Below are positions 34,473 to 43,824 of a stretch of DNA of 64,000 bases, piece after piece; position 1 is the stretch's first letter, and each line of letters starts with the position of its first letter. The notes under the pieces were generated by a model, which saw only the letters and a list, made by a program, of their open reading frames with translations, did no database searches and was not told the origin of the DNA. Location: the NCBI RefSeq assembly GCF_030651755.1, contig NZ_JAUSBZ010000144.1, forward strand, positions 24,907 to 88,906, given 5' to 3'. The DNA is from Phenylobacterium sp. GTDB lineage: Bacteria > Pseudomonadota > Alphaproteobacteria > Caulobacterales > Caulobacteraceae. Both the position numbers and the translations under genes were made by a program.

Positions 34473-36056
34473 ATGGAAGATTTGAAAGAGCGCGTGGGCC
34501 TGGACGAACGGCTCGACCAGGCCGCGGTCACCGGCATGACCATGGCCGTCTGGGCCGATGTCCAGCCCGACAAGACCGCCGTCGTCGACGCCTATGGCAA
34601 GTCGCGCACCTTCGCGCAGGTCAACGCCAACGCCAACCGGCTCGCCCGCCTCTTCCGTCAGCATGGTGTCCAGCCCGGCGACAGCCTGGCCCTGGTCTGT
34701 TCGAACCGCGCCGAATTCATTGAGGTCCTGGCCGCCACCATGCGCGCCGGCGTACGCATCACTCCGGTCAACTGGCACCTGAACGCCGACGAAATCGCCT
34801 ACATCATCAATGACTGTGAGGCCAAGGTCCTGGTCGGCGACGTCCGAGTGGCGGTGATCGGCGAGGCCGCGACCCACTGCCCGCATCTGACGCTCAAGCT
34901 GTCGCTGGGCGGGGAGATTGACGGCTTCGTGGACTATGACACCGCGCTTTCGCCCCTGGACGGTTCGGACATCCCCGATCCGGTTCTGGGCAACCAGATG
35001 ATGTACACCTCTGGCACGACCGGGCGGCCCAAGGGCGTGTTCCGTCCGACCCCTGTGGTCACGCCCGTCAGCATCCTGGCCGGCCGCGGCTATGACGACA
35101 CCTCGATCCAGCTGTGCGCCGGTCCGGCCTATCACGCCGCCCCCCTGGCCTTCGACGTACGGGCGGCCATGGGCACGGGCTCGACCCTGATCTTCATGGA
35201 CAAGTGGGATTCTGAAGCTGTTCTGCGCACCATCAGCGAGCAGAAGGTCACCCACCTGCACATGGTGCCGATCATGTTCCAGCGCCTGCTGGACCTGCCG
35301 GCCGAGGTGAAGGCCAAGTACCCGGTCGACCACGTCCGCTACATCGTCCACGGCGCGGCGCCCTGCCCGCCCGAGGTCAAGCAGGCCATGATCGACTGGT
35401 TCGGCCCGGTTCTCAGCGAATACTATGCCGGCTCCGAAGGCGGGGCGGGCTTCACCATCAACTCCGACGAGTGGCTGAAGAAGCCCGGCAGCGTGGGCAA
35501 GCGCCCGGCCCTGCTGCAGGTCCGGATCATCGACGAGCAGGGCAACGACTGCCCCAACGGCGTGCCCGGCACCATCTATCACCAGCTCCCCCCCGGCGGG
35601 GGCTTCCAGTACTACAAGGACGAGGCCAAGACCCAGGCCTCCCGGGTCGACGACTTCTTCACCATGGGCGATGTCGGCTATTTCGACGAGGACGACTACC
35701 TGTTCCTTACCGGCCGCAGCGCCGAGACCATCATCTCCGGCGGGGTGAACGTCTATCCGCAGGAGATCGACAACGAGCTGATCAAGCATCCGGCCGTCGC
35801 CGACTCCTCCACCGTCGGCATCCCGCACCCCGAATGGGGAGAGCAGGTGAAGGCGGTCATCATGCTCAACGAGGGCTATGAGCCCAGCGACCAGCTGGCC
35901 CATGAGATCCTCGACTTCGCCCGCAAGGCCCTGCCCGGCTTCAAGGTCCCACGCAGCCTGGACTTCGTCACCGAACTGCCCCGCAGCGAGGCGGGCAAGA
36001 TCCAGCGCAACAAGGTCCGCGCCCCCTATTGGGAAGGCCGCGCCCGGCAGATCTGA
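34473..36056 (+). CDS. acyl-CoA synthetase (AMP-forming ligase)
   Basis: ATG at 34473 is 6 nt after GGAGG; the track start is TTG at 34470. AMP-binding motifs MMYTSGTTGRPKG, YYAGSEGG, GDVGYFDEDDYLFLTGR, and the C-terminal GKIQR. Confidence 0.92.
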   Translation: MEDLKERVGLDERLDQAAVTGMTMAVWADVQPDKTAVVDAYGKSRTFAQVNANANRLARLFRQHGVQPGDSLALVCSNRAEFIEVLAATMRAGVRITPVNWHLNADEIAYIINDCEAKVLVGDVRVAVIGEAATHCPHLTLKLSLGGEIDGFVDYDTALSPLDGSDIPDPVLGNQMMYTSGTTGRPKGVFRPTPVVTPVSILAGRGYDDTSIQLCAGPAYHAAPLAFDVRAAMGTGSTLIFMDKWDSEAVLRTISEQKVTHLHMVPIMFQRLLDLPAEVKAKYPVDHVRYIVHGAAPCPPEVKQAMIDWFGPVLSEYYAGSEGGAGFTINSDEWLKKPGSVGKRPALLQVRIIDEQGNDCPNGVPGTIYHQLPPGGGFQYYKDEAKTQASRVDDFFTMGDVGYFDEDDYLFLTGRSAETIISGGVNVYPQEIDNELIKHPAVADSSTVGIPHPEWGEQVKAVIMLNEGYEPSDQLAHEILDFARKALPGFKVPRSLDFVTELPRSEAGKIQRNKVRAPYWEGRARQI

Positions 36057-36064
36057 CGCCAAGG

Positions 36065-36094
36065 TTCGCCGCGCCGGCTCTTCGGCGCGGCGAA
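36065..36094 (+). terminator. stem-loop terminator candidate
   Basis: TTCGCCGCGCCG (36065-36076) pairs with CGGCGCGGCGAA (36083-36094): 12 bp with a 6-nt loop, 9 nt after the ligase stop. It is followed by ATCTTG, a weak U-tract. Confidence 0.55.
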
Positions 36095-36174
36095 ATCTTG
36101 CGAAAACATCCGTGTTTGGCGTGACTGCGGACGCCATGGCATGTACCGCGGCCGTTGCAGCCTGCGAGTAAGAC

Positions 36175-37341
36175 ATGCCCATTCCCTTCATCGACCTGCA
36201 GGCCCAGCGACGACGGCTGGGCGAACCCCTGGAAGCCGCCATCCTCGAGGTGGTCCGCTCAGGCGCCTATGTCATGGGACCGCAGATCGGCCAGCTGGAA
36301 GCCGCCCTCGCCGAATTCGGACAGGCGCCGCACGTCCTGTCCTGCGGCTCGGGGACAGAGGCCCTGATGCTGCCGCTGATGGCCTGGGAGATCGGGCCAG
36401 GGGACGCGGTCTTCTGCCCCTCCTTCACCTTCGCGGCCACCGCCGAGGTCGTGCCCCTGGTCGGCGCTTCGCCGGTCTTTGTCGATATCCTGCCTGACAC
36501 CTACAATATGGACGCCGCCCACCTGGACGCGGCCATCGCCGCGGTGAAGGCCGAAGGCAAGCTCACCCCCCGTGCGGTGATCGCGGTCGACCTGTTTGGC
36601 CAGCCCGCCGACTATCCCGCCATCAGCGCGGTCTGCCAGAAGCACGGCCTGAAGCTGATCGCCGATTCCGCCCAAGGCTTCGGTTGCACCCTGGAGGGCC
36701 GTCACCCCCTGCACTGGGCCGACGTGGCCACCACCAGCTTCTTCCCGGCCAAGCCGCTGGGCTGCTACGGCGACGGCGGGGCGGTGCTCTGCAAGGACGC
36801 GCGTCTGCACGACCTGCTGGTCTCCCTGCGGGTCCACGGCCAGGCGGTGAAGTCGGATCTCGAGGGGCGCACCTTCGACCATGATCCCAAGTATCTGAAC
36901 ATGCGGATCGGCATGAACGCCCGCATGGACACGATCCAGGCCGCCGTCCTGCTGCAGAAGCTGTCCATCTTCGCTGACGAGATCGAGGCCCGGAACCGGG
37001 TGGCCGAGCGCTACGCCCAAGGCCTGTCCGACGTGGCGCGGACGCCTAAAGTGATCGAGGGCGGGGTTTCGGTCTGGGCGCAATATACGATCGAGATGGA
37101 CGACCGTGACGGCCTGGCCGCCCATCTGAAGGCCGCCGAAATTCCCACCGCCGTCTATTATCCGATCCCGATCCACAAACAGGGCGTCTATTCGGGCTAT
37201 CCTGTGGGGCCCGGCGGCTTGCCGGCGACCATGGCGGCGGCTGACCGAGTCATCAGCCTGCCCATGCACCCCTATCTGGAGGCCGACGTGCAGGATCAGA
37301 TCATCGCCGCCATCCGGGCCTTCGCCGGTCGCAACATATGA
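36175..37341 (+). CDS. DegT/DnrJ/EryC1/StrS-family sugar aminotransferase
   Basis: 388 aa PLP aminotransferase for nucleotide sugars (MPIPFIDLQAQ..., GSGTEAL, FFPAKPLGCYGDGG with the PLP lysine). Confidence 0.9.
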   Translation: MPIPFIDLQAQRRRLGEPLEAAILEVVRSGAYVMGPQIGQLEAALAEFGQAPHVLSCGSGTEALMLPLMAWEIGPGDAVFCPSFTFAATAEVVPLVGASPVFVDILPDTYNMDAAHLDAAIAAVKAEGKLTPRAVIAVDLFGQPADYPAISAVCQKHGLKLIADSAQGFGCTLEGRHPLHWADVATTSFFPAKPLGCYGDGGAVLCKDARLHDLLVSLRVHGQAVKSDLEGRTFDHDPKYLNMRIGMNARMDTIQAAVLLQKLSIFADEIEARNRVAERYAQGLSDVARTPKVIEGGVSVWAQYTIEMDDRDGLAAHLKAAEIPTAVYYPIPIHKQGVYSGYPVGPGGLPATMAAADRVISLPMHPYLEADVQDQIIAAIRAFAGRNI

Positions 37342-38702
37342 GCGCCAGCGGCGATCATCCGACCTCGGATCGAATGGCCGAGGCCTTCGAGGCAAGGGCT
37401 GAGTCCCGGGACCTGGTCATCGGCGTCATTGGCCTGGGCTATGTGGGCCTGCCCCTGGCTGAGGGCTTCCTCGGCAAGGGCTTTCGGGTCCTGGCCTATG
37501 ACCCGGACGTCGCCAAGATCGCGGCCCTGCGGGCCGGGCGCAGCTATATCAAGCACATCTCTGACGACCGGGTGGCGGCCATGGACGCCACAGGGCGCCT
37601 GGAAGCCACGACAGACGAGAGCCGGCTGGCGAGCGCCGACGCCCTGCTGATGTGCGTGCCTACCCCATTGAACGTCCACCGCGAGCCGGACCTCTCCTTC
37701 GTGGCCGATTGCGCCAAGACCATTTCGCGGCATCTGCGCCGGGGCCAGCTGGTGGTGCTGGAATCCACCACCTATCCCGGCACCAGCGAGGAACTGATCC
37801 GGCCGATCCTGGAGCAGGCTACGGGCCTGAAGTCCGGCGTCGACTTCGCCATCGCCTACAGCCCCGAGCGGGAAGATCCCGGCAATCTCGATTTCGGGGC
37901 GACCACCATCCCCAAGGTGGTCGGCGCTGACACCGAGGCCGAGCGGCGGATGGCCATCGCCCTCTATTCGCCCCTGACCCAGGTAGTGCCGGTCAGCGAC
38001 CTGAAGACCGCCGAGGCGGTCAAGCTGACGGAGAACATCTTCCGGCTGGTCAACATCGCGCTCGTCAACGAGCTGAAGGTGGTCTTCGAGAGCATGGACA
38101 TCGACATCTGGGAGGTGATCGACGCGGCCAAGACCAAGCCCTTTGGCTATATGCCCTTCTATCCGGGGCCGGGACTGGGCGGCCACTGCATCGCCATCGA
38201 TCCCTTCTACCTGACCTGGAAGGCCCGGGCGCATGGGGAGGCGACCCGGTTCATCGAGCTGGCTGGCGACGTGGTCGCCGCCCTGCCGCGCCGGGTGGTG
38301 GAGGCGGTGGCTGAGTCCCTGTCCAGCCGCGAGGGCAAGGCGGTCAAGGGCGCGCGCATCCTGGTGGTGGGCCTGGCCTACAAGAAGAACGTCGACGACA
38401 TGCGCGAGAGCCCCTCGCTGCATGTGATCCGCCTGTTGCGTGAGCGCGGGGCTCAGGTGGACTATTACGACCCGCACATCCCGGTCGTGCACGACACGGG
38501 CGAGCATCCGGAGGTGGCGGGCATGGCCTCCATCGGCTGGGACGAGGCGAGCCTTGCGACCTACGACTGCGCGGTGATCTGCACGGACCACGACATGGTG
38601 GACTATGCGACCCTGACCCGCGTCGTGCCCCTGGTGATCGACACCCGCAACGCCGTCGGCCGCCTGGCCCCGGACTTCGCCGACCAGGTTCGCAAGGCCT
38701 GA
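37338..38702 (+). CDS. nucleotide-sugar dehydrogenase (UDP-glucose/GDP-mannose dehydrogenase family)
   Basis: 454 aa. NAD motif VIGLGYVGLP and catalytic region GPGLGGHCIAIDP. Its ATG overlaps the aminotransferase stop. Confidence 0.9.
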   Translation: MSASGDHPTSDRMAEAFEARAESRDLVIGVIGLGYVGLPLAEGFLGKGFRVLAYDPDVAKIAALRAGRSYIKHISDDRVAAMDATGRLEATTDESRLASADALLMCVPTPLNVHREPDLSFVADCAKTISRHLRRGQLVVLESTTYPGTSEELIRPILEQATGLKSGVDFAIAYSPEREDPGNLDFGATTIPKVVGADTEAERRMAIALYSPLTQVVPVSDLKTAEAVKLTENIFRLVNIALVNELKVVFESMDIDIWEVIDAAKTKPFGYMPFYPGPGLGGHCIAIDPFYLTWKARAHGEATRFIELAGDVVAALPRRVVEAVAESLSSREGKAVKGARILVVGLAYKKNVDDMRESPSLHVIRLLRERGAQVDYYDPHIPVVHDTGEHPEVAGMASIGWDEASLATYDCAVICTDHDMVDYATLTRVVPLVIDTRNAVGRLAPDFADQVRKA

Positions 38703-38739
38703 GGGCTGACCAAGCCGCGCGAAGCGCCGAAAAGGTGAA

Positions 38740-38812
38740 ACCACCAAGGACACGAAGGACACGAAGCTATCCGTGCGAGCGGGAGCTTTGTGTCCTTCGT
38801 GTCCTTGGTGGT
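38740..38812. repeat. 73-nt near-perfect inverted repeat (29-bp stem, 15-nt loop)
   Basis: 38740-38768 pairs with 38784-38812: 28 Watson-Crick pairs plus one G-T. The left arm contains the tandem GGACACGAA GGACACGAA. It lies between convergent stops at 38702 and 38854. Confidence 0.85.
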
Positions 38813-38853
38813 GGAATTCTTTCAGGGCGCCTGCGGCGCCGCGATGCTGCGCC

Positions 38854-39666
38854 CTACTTGAACCAGCAGAGCTGTTCGGTGGTGGCCAGGAGGACGCCGT
38901 CGCGGGACCAGAGCGCGCCGTGCTGGTCGAAGAAGCCGCTCTCGAAACGCCGGGCCTGGGCCAGGGCCAGGACGAAATCGCCGCCGACAGCCGCCAGTTC
39001 GGCCGGCGTGGCGTGGAAATAGACGCTCATGCTCACCGTCGAGGCCGGCCGGCGCTCAGGACTGCGGTAGAAGATGCGCGGGGCGAAGACGTCGGCCAGG
39101 CCCGCCAGCAGCGGGTAGTCCAGCGGCCTGGCCTGATGGTCGCGCACCCAGGTCCGCGTCAGGCTGTCGTCATTGGCCTGCAAGGGGGCCGAACCCGACA
39201 CCTGGCGGGTCTCGAACATGGCGGTGAAGAAGCCCGCCCGGCCAGGCACGCCTTCGATCGCCTCGGGCGGGGTGACGCCGTCGGGGAAGCTCGCCTCATG
39301 GGTGGAGAAGGTCTCCCGCCGCTGGCCGAGCGTCACCATGGCCATGGCCACCGCGGCGTTGTTCTGGATCAGCTCGGAGGTCCAGAACTCCACCGACTTG
39401 CCCTGGCGCACGGGCCTCGTGGAGAGGCTGAGCGGCGATTCATCGAGTCCGCCCATCAGGTTGACCGTCATGGCCACCGGCGTGCCCCCGTGATCGCCCT
39501 CGGCCAGGACCGCCTTCAGCAGCAGGGCCGCCGTCCAGCCGCCCCAGGGGCCGATCATGTTCCAGTAGCGCTTGTCGATCCGGGAGTCCCACAGGCGGGG
39601 ACCGGCGGGGTGCAGCGGCAGGGCTTCGTCGAAATCGTGCAGGCGCACGGGCGCGGCGTCGTCCAT
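38854..39666 (-). CDS. acyl-CoA thioesterase (double hotdog, TesB-like)
   Basis: I trimmed to the ATG at 39666, which has GAGGG 7 nt upstream. About 270 aa. The N-terminal half has MIGPWGGWTAALLLKA, typical of thioesterase-II-like proteins. Confidence 0.7.
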   Translation of the reverse strand: MDDAAPVRLHDFDEALPLHPAGPRLWDSRIDKRYWNMIGPWGGWTAALLLKAVLAEGDHGGTPVAMTVNLMGGLDESPLSLSTRPVRQGKSVEFWTSELIQNNAAVAMAMVTLGQRRETFSTHEASFPDGVTPPEAIEGVPGRAGFFTAMFETRQVSGSAPLQANDDSLTRTWVRDHQARPLDYPLLAGLADVFAPRIFYRSPERRPASTVSMSVYFHATPAELAAVGGDFVLALAQARRFESGFFDQHGALWSRDGVLLATTEQLCWFK

Positions 39667-39758
39667 GGGAAATCCCTCAATGAAATGCAGGCGCGGCGGG
39701 GAGGCCGCGAACAATAGGCCCGCTTCTAGGGAGGGCGCCGCAGGGGAAGGCTAGATCG

Positions 39759-40751
39759 TCAGTTCCAGACCGCGGCGATCCGGGCGGCCTCGGCGCGACC
39801 CTGCTCCAGACCGGCGCGGGCCGCATCCGGACGGCGGGCGAAGTTCATCAGATTGATCCCCATGGCGGCCGCGCTGCCAGCGTTGGGACTAATGAGCACG
39901 GCCTCGGCGCCCGAACCGGTCAGGGCCGCGATCTCCTCGTCCAGTTGCCGGGCCATGGCCTCGGCGGCGGGACCTGCGCTGTCGCCGCCGCGCACCTGCA
40001 CCAAGACCACCAGATCATGGCCCTTGGCCATGTCGGCGTTCAGGGAAGACCGCATGCCGCCGTCGATATAACGCCGGCCCTGCAGCGTCACCGGCGGATA
40101 GACGCCTGGCACCGAACAGGAGGAGGCCACAGCCCGGGTGACGCCGACGCCGGACTCCTTCGTCCACAGCTGAAAGGCCCCGGTCATGGCGTCGACCGCG
40201 GTGCAGGCGAAACCCTGGCTCGGCCAGGCGTCCTCGGCGAGGTTCGCAAACGACCGGCCGAAGGAGGCGATGAAGGCCGCCTCATCCACCGTCTCGGCGG
40301 ACAGCGCAAAGGCGCCGATGTCGGCGCGCACGGCCTCGGCGGGGCGGGCGCCGGAGCGGGCCTCCTGCATCATCTTCATCAGGGGGGTGAGGTCTGGACC
40401 GGCCGGACGTAGGCTGTCGCCGGACTTGGCCGGCGCCTGGCGTGGACGGTCGGCCTCGGCCAGGATGGGGGCGGCCAGCTCTGCGGCCGGGTCGCCCAGG
40501 GCCAGCCGGGCGCCGACGAATGAACCCGCCGAGGTCCCGAGGATGAAGTCCGCGGCGCCCAGGTCGACGCCGGCCTGGGCGAGGCCTGCGATGAGGCCCG
40601 ACTCCCAGGCGATGCCCACCGGTCCGCCACCGCCCAACACCAGCGCCTTGCTCACCGCTCTCTCCCAACCGCGTTCTGTCTTTCCGTCACGATCGGGCGC
40701 CTTGGCGGCCATGTCCACGTGGTCGGCCACAACGAATGAGAGCGCAGCCAA
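39759..40751 (-). CDS. patatin-like phospholipase
   Basis: Oxyanion motif LGGGGPVG, nucleophile GTSAGS, and a DGG-containing C-terminal part (YIDGGM). The track start is TTG at 40751; ATG at 40712 is an alternative. Confidence 0.85.
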   Translation of the reverse strand: MAALSFVVADHVDMAAKAPDRDGKTERGWERAVSKALVLGGGGPVGIAWESGLIAGLAQAGVDLGAADFILGTSAGSFVGARLALGDPAAELAAPILAEADRPRQAPAKSGDSLRPAGPDLTPLMKMMQEARSGARPAEAVRADIGAFALSAETVDEAAFIASFGRSFANLAEDAWPSQGFACTAVDAMTGAFQLWTKESGVGVTRAVASSCSVPGVYPPVTLQGRRYIDGGMRSSLNADMAKGHDLVVLVQVRGGDSAGPAAEAMARQLDEEIAALTGSGAEAVLISPNAGSAAAMGINLMNFARRPDAARAGLEQGRAEAARIAAVWN

Positions 40752-40829
40752 GGACTGCGCTCTCTCCGTCAGGATGAGACCGGAACTCCCCCAAGCCCGG
40801 CCGACGCCCCCACAGGGGTAAGGACGCTC

Positions 40830-41393
40830 CTAACAGGCCTTTTCGCGGTAGAGGCCCAGCAGGTGGTTCATCCGCTGTTGTTGCGGCGAGACGGTCGGCG
40901 CATCGACCTCACCCCCGGCGGCGATGGCCTGACCGACAGCCTGTGAGCTGGAGTCGGCCACCGCGCTGAGCGCCTGGGCGGCGAAGGGACTGAAGGCCCC
41001 ACCCACCATGCCGCGGGCCAGCCCATAGCGGGCCGCGCCGCCCAGGACGCCCCCGGCCACGCCGCCGGCCATGCCACGGCCCTGCTTGGCCCGCTGGGCC
41101 TGTTTGGCGGCTTCGGCCTGCTCGGCCATCAGCTGGGCGTTCAGGGTGTTGGCCTCCGCCCCGATCTGTTCGCAGCTCATGGCCCGGTCGCCAGGCCGCA
41201 GGACCTGATAGACATTGGGGTCAATCAGCGGCGCGGCGGGCGCGGCCGGAGCAACGGCAGGGGCTTCGACGGGCGCTTCAACGGCGGGGGGCGGGGCCTC
41301 GGCCGCCAGCGGCGGGGCGGCGTCGATCGTCTGGGCGACCGCGCCGGTGGCGGCCAGCACCAGGGCGGCCGTGGCGCAAAGCAAACGCTTCAT
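40830..41393 (-). CDS. secreted hypothetical protein with Pro/Ala spacer and glycine-zipper segment
   Basis: 187 aa with GGAGA 8 nt upstream of the ATG. Signal peptide MKRLLCATAALVLAATGAVAQ, a PA-rich spacer, a coiled region, then GMAGGVAGGVLGGAARYGLARGMVGGAF. The mature part has two Cys, and the last residue is Cys. Confidence 0.6.
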   Translation of the reverse strand: MKRLLCATAALVLAATGAVAQTIDAAPPLAAEAPPPAVEAPVEAPAVAPAAPAAPLIDPNVYQVLRPGDRAMSCEQIGAEANTLNAQLMAEQAEAAKQAQRAKQGRGMAGGVAGGVLGGAARYGLARGMVGGAFSPFAAQALSAVADSSSQAVGQAIAAGGEVDAPTVSPQQQRMNHLLGLYREKAC

Positions 41394-41431
41394 GGTTCAA
41401 GTCTCCATTGAAAGGGAAGGGACGGAAGGGA

Positions 41432-42592
41432 TCACTGGCCGCGCGCCTTGCGGATCTCGGACACCAGGGCGGCGTTGAACCCCTGGAAGGCGGCCCGGCT
41501 GAGGGCGGCGTAGCGCTTGGGCGAGATCTCGGCGTCGTAGACCAGGCTCTGGCGATAGATCGACCCGAAGCCGATACTCACCAGGGCGTTGTGCGTGGCG
41601 ATGGAGTCGGAGCGGTCGGCGGTCTGGGCGAGGATGCCGAAGGGCTGAGGCGTGTAGGCGCCCTTGGTGCTGAACCAGCCGGGCATGGCCCCGCCGCTGT
41701 TGTTCCCCCAGACGAAGTCCACATGCGAGGTCGGATTGACGCCGAAGCGCAGCTCCGCATCAACCGATCCTGAGCCGCGGTAGGTCCGCTGGCCGGTGCT
41801 GTCCATGTCGATGTAGTCGATCAGCAGCCGGGGCGTGATGAAGATGGCGTCCAGGTCGCGACTGGCCCGGCCAATGGTCATCAACGCGCCCGACGCGGCG
41901 ATCGCGCCCATGCCGGTCTCAAAGGCGTGGCCCTTGATTGGCGGCAGGGCCCGGGGCCCGTAGGCGATCCAGGCCTTTGTCGCCCGGCTGTCGATGATTC
42001 CCTTGCCGCCCAACGGCTCGGTATGGCGGGCCAGGCGCGCCACCTGTTCAGACGCCAGCAGGGTGGCCAGGTCGACAACCTCGAAGCCAGCCGCCTCCAA
42101 CTGGCTCACCAGATCGGCATAGGCGGCGTCGGCCAGATCCCGCGCCATGTCGTCGGTCAATCCCACCAGTCTGGTGGCGATCTCGGTGCGACGTTGAACG
42201 GTCTGCGTCCCGGCCCCGGCGGCGAAGGCGCTGGCGCTGGCGCCATGGACAAAGGCCAGGGTGTAGCCTGGGATGGCGATCTTCGGCCGGTTGGCGAGAT
42301 AGCGGGTCGCATGCCCCTGCAGCGCGACCGGCAGGGGCGCCGCCATGTCGGGCATCATGTCCAGTTGCGCCAGGCTTACCCGCCCTCCGGACTCCGACCC
42401 CACATAGCTGCGCCCCACAGCCCCGCTGACCGAGGTGGCGCCGGTCCGCCCGGACGAGGCGTCCTTGGCGGGCGGGGTTCCCGGCGGCGGCCCATAGAGG
42501 GCGCCGAAGGGGTCGGCCTGGGCGAAGGCGGAGCCTGCGAGTGCGAGGAGGGCGACCGCCGCAGCGGTCATGCCCGTCGGGCCTTGGCGCAT
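41432..42592 (-). CDS. secreted hypothetical protein (~386 aa)
   Basis: I trimmed to the ATG at 42592 (MRQGPTGMTAAAVALLALAGSAFAQ signal); ATG at 42571 is an alternative. I recognise no motif. It lies 38 nt upstream of the 187-aa gene, so the two are probably an operon. Confidence 0.6.
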   Translation of the reverse strand: MRQGPTGMTAAAVALLALAGSAFAQADPFGALYGPPPGTPPAKDASSGRTGATSVSGAVGRSYVGSESGGRVSLAQLDMMPDMAAPLPVALQGHATRYLANRPKIAIPGYTLAFVHGASASAFAAGAGTQTVQRRTEIATRLVGLTDDMARDLADAAYADLVSQLEAAGFEVVDLATLLASEQVARLARHTEPLGGKGIIDSRATKAWIAYGPRALPPIKGHAFETGMGAIAASGALMTIGRASRDLDAIFITPRLLIDYIDMDSTGQRTYRGSGSVDAELRFGVNPTSHVDFVWGNNSGGAMPGWFSTKGAYTPQPFGILAQTADRSDSIATHNALVSIGFGSIYRQSLVYDAEISPKRYAALSRAAFQGFNAALVSEIRKARGQ

Positions 42593-42776
42593 GGGGGAAT
42601 GGCCTTGGTTCAGGGACGGAGGACGTTGTGGCGTCAACCTGAGCCCTGCGACCTCCCGCCGCATGATCCAAACGGACTATAGTCGGCTCCAGCCCCCATC
42701 CGCACCGCTTGCGGTCTGTCCCAACCCATGGGAAGGCTCGTCAAACAGGTGTTTTAAGCCATTAGGGAGACGAGAG

Positions 42777-43742
42777 ATGAAGGCTGCGGTCTATTACGAG
42801 AACGGCGGTCCCGAGGTCCTGAAATACGAGGAAATCCCGGACCCGGTCTGCCATCCCAAGGGCGTCATTATCCGCGTCGAGGCCATCGCCATCGAGGGCG
42901 GCGACACCCTGAACCGCTGGCGCGGCCCGCTGATGACCAATCCGCACGTGGTCGGCTATCAGGCCGCCGGCGAGATCATCGAGATCGGCGAGCAGGTCAC
43001 CAATGTGAAGGTCGGCCAGAAGGTCGCCACCGTGAACAACTGGGGCAGCCACGCCGAGCTGCGCTCGGTTCCCGCGCGCAACTGCTGGCCGATCCCAGAG
43101 GGCTTCGACGTGCGCAAGGCCGCCGCGATCCCCGTCACCTTCGGCACGGCTCATGACTGCCTGTTCGAGTTCGGCCGCATGAAGAAGGGCGAGACCGTCC
43201 TGGTGCAGGCCGGGGCCTCTGGCGTCGGCGTCGCCGCCATCCAGCTGGCCAAGCGGGCCGGCGCGGGGCTGATCCTCGCCACCGCCTCGTCCGACGAGCG
43301 GCTGGAGAAGCTCAAGCGCCTCGGCCTCGATCACGGCATCAACTACACCCGCGACGACGTGGTGAAGGAGGTCAAGCGCCTGACCGACAACAAGGGCGTC
43401 AATGTTGTGGTCGATTCCGTCGGCGGCTCGACCCTGCAGGGCTCGATCAATTCGCTCGCCTATCGCGGCCGGGTCTCGATGGTCGGCGCGGCCGGGCGCG
43501 AGCCCATGGTGGTCGATGTCGGCTCGATGATGGGCGGCAACCGCGCCCTGTCCGGCGTCTTCCTGGGCGCCGAAATCGGCACCGATCGGGTGCACGACAA
43601 CATCCAGCAGCTGATCGAAGACGCCGCCAAGGGCGAGCTGGAAGTGATCATCGACAAGGAATTCCCCCTGTCGGACGCCGCCGGCGCGCACGCCTATATC
43701 GAGAGCCGCAAGGCGGTCGGTCGGGTGGTGCTGGTCCCCTGA
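42777..43742 (+). CDS. zinc-type alcohol dehydrogenase / quinone oxidoreductase family protein
   Basis: I trimmed to the ATG at 42777, which has GGGAGA upstream. MKAAVYYENGGPEVLKYEEIPDP, and cofactor motif VQAGASGVG. Confidence 0.88.
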   Translation: MKAAVYYENGGPEVLKYEEIPDPVCHPKGVIIRVEAIAIEGGDTLNRWRGPLMTNPHVVGYQAAGEIIEIGEQVTNVKVGQKVATVNNWGSHAELRSVPARNCWPIPEGFDVRKAAAIPVTFGTAHDCLFEFGRMKKGETVLVQAGASGVGVAAIQLAKRAGAGLILATASSDERLEKLKRLGLDHGINYTRDDVVKEVKRLTDNKGVNVVVDSVGGSTLQGSINSLAYRGRVSMVGAAGREPMVVDVGSMMGGNRALSGVFLGAEIGTDRVHDNIQQLIEDAAKGELEVIIDKEFPLSDAAGAHAYIESRKAVGRVVLVP

Positions 43743-43824
43743 TCGTCTGGTGACCGGACGGCGCGAGCGCAGGCTGCGCCGTCCCCACCCTCTAAACCCC
43801 ATCCGCATCGACAAGGAGGCCGCC

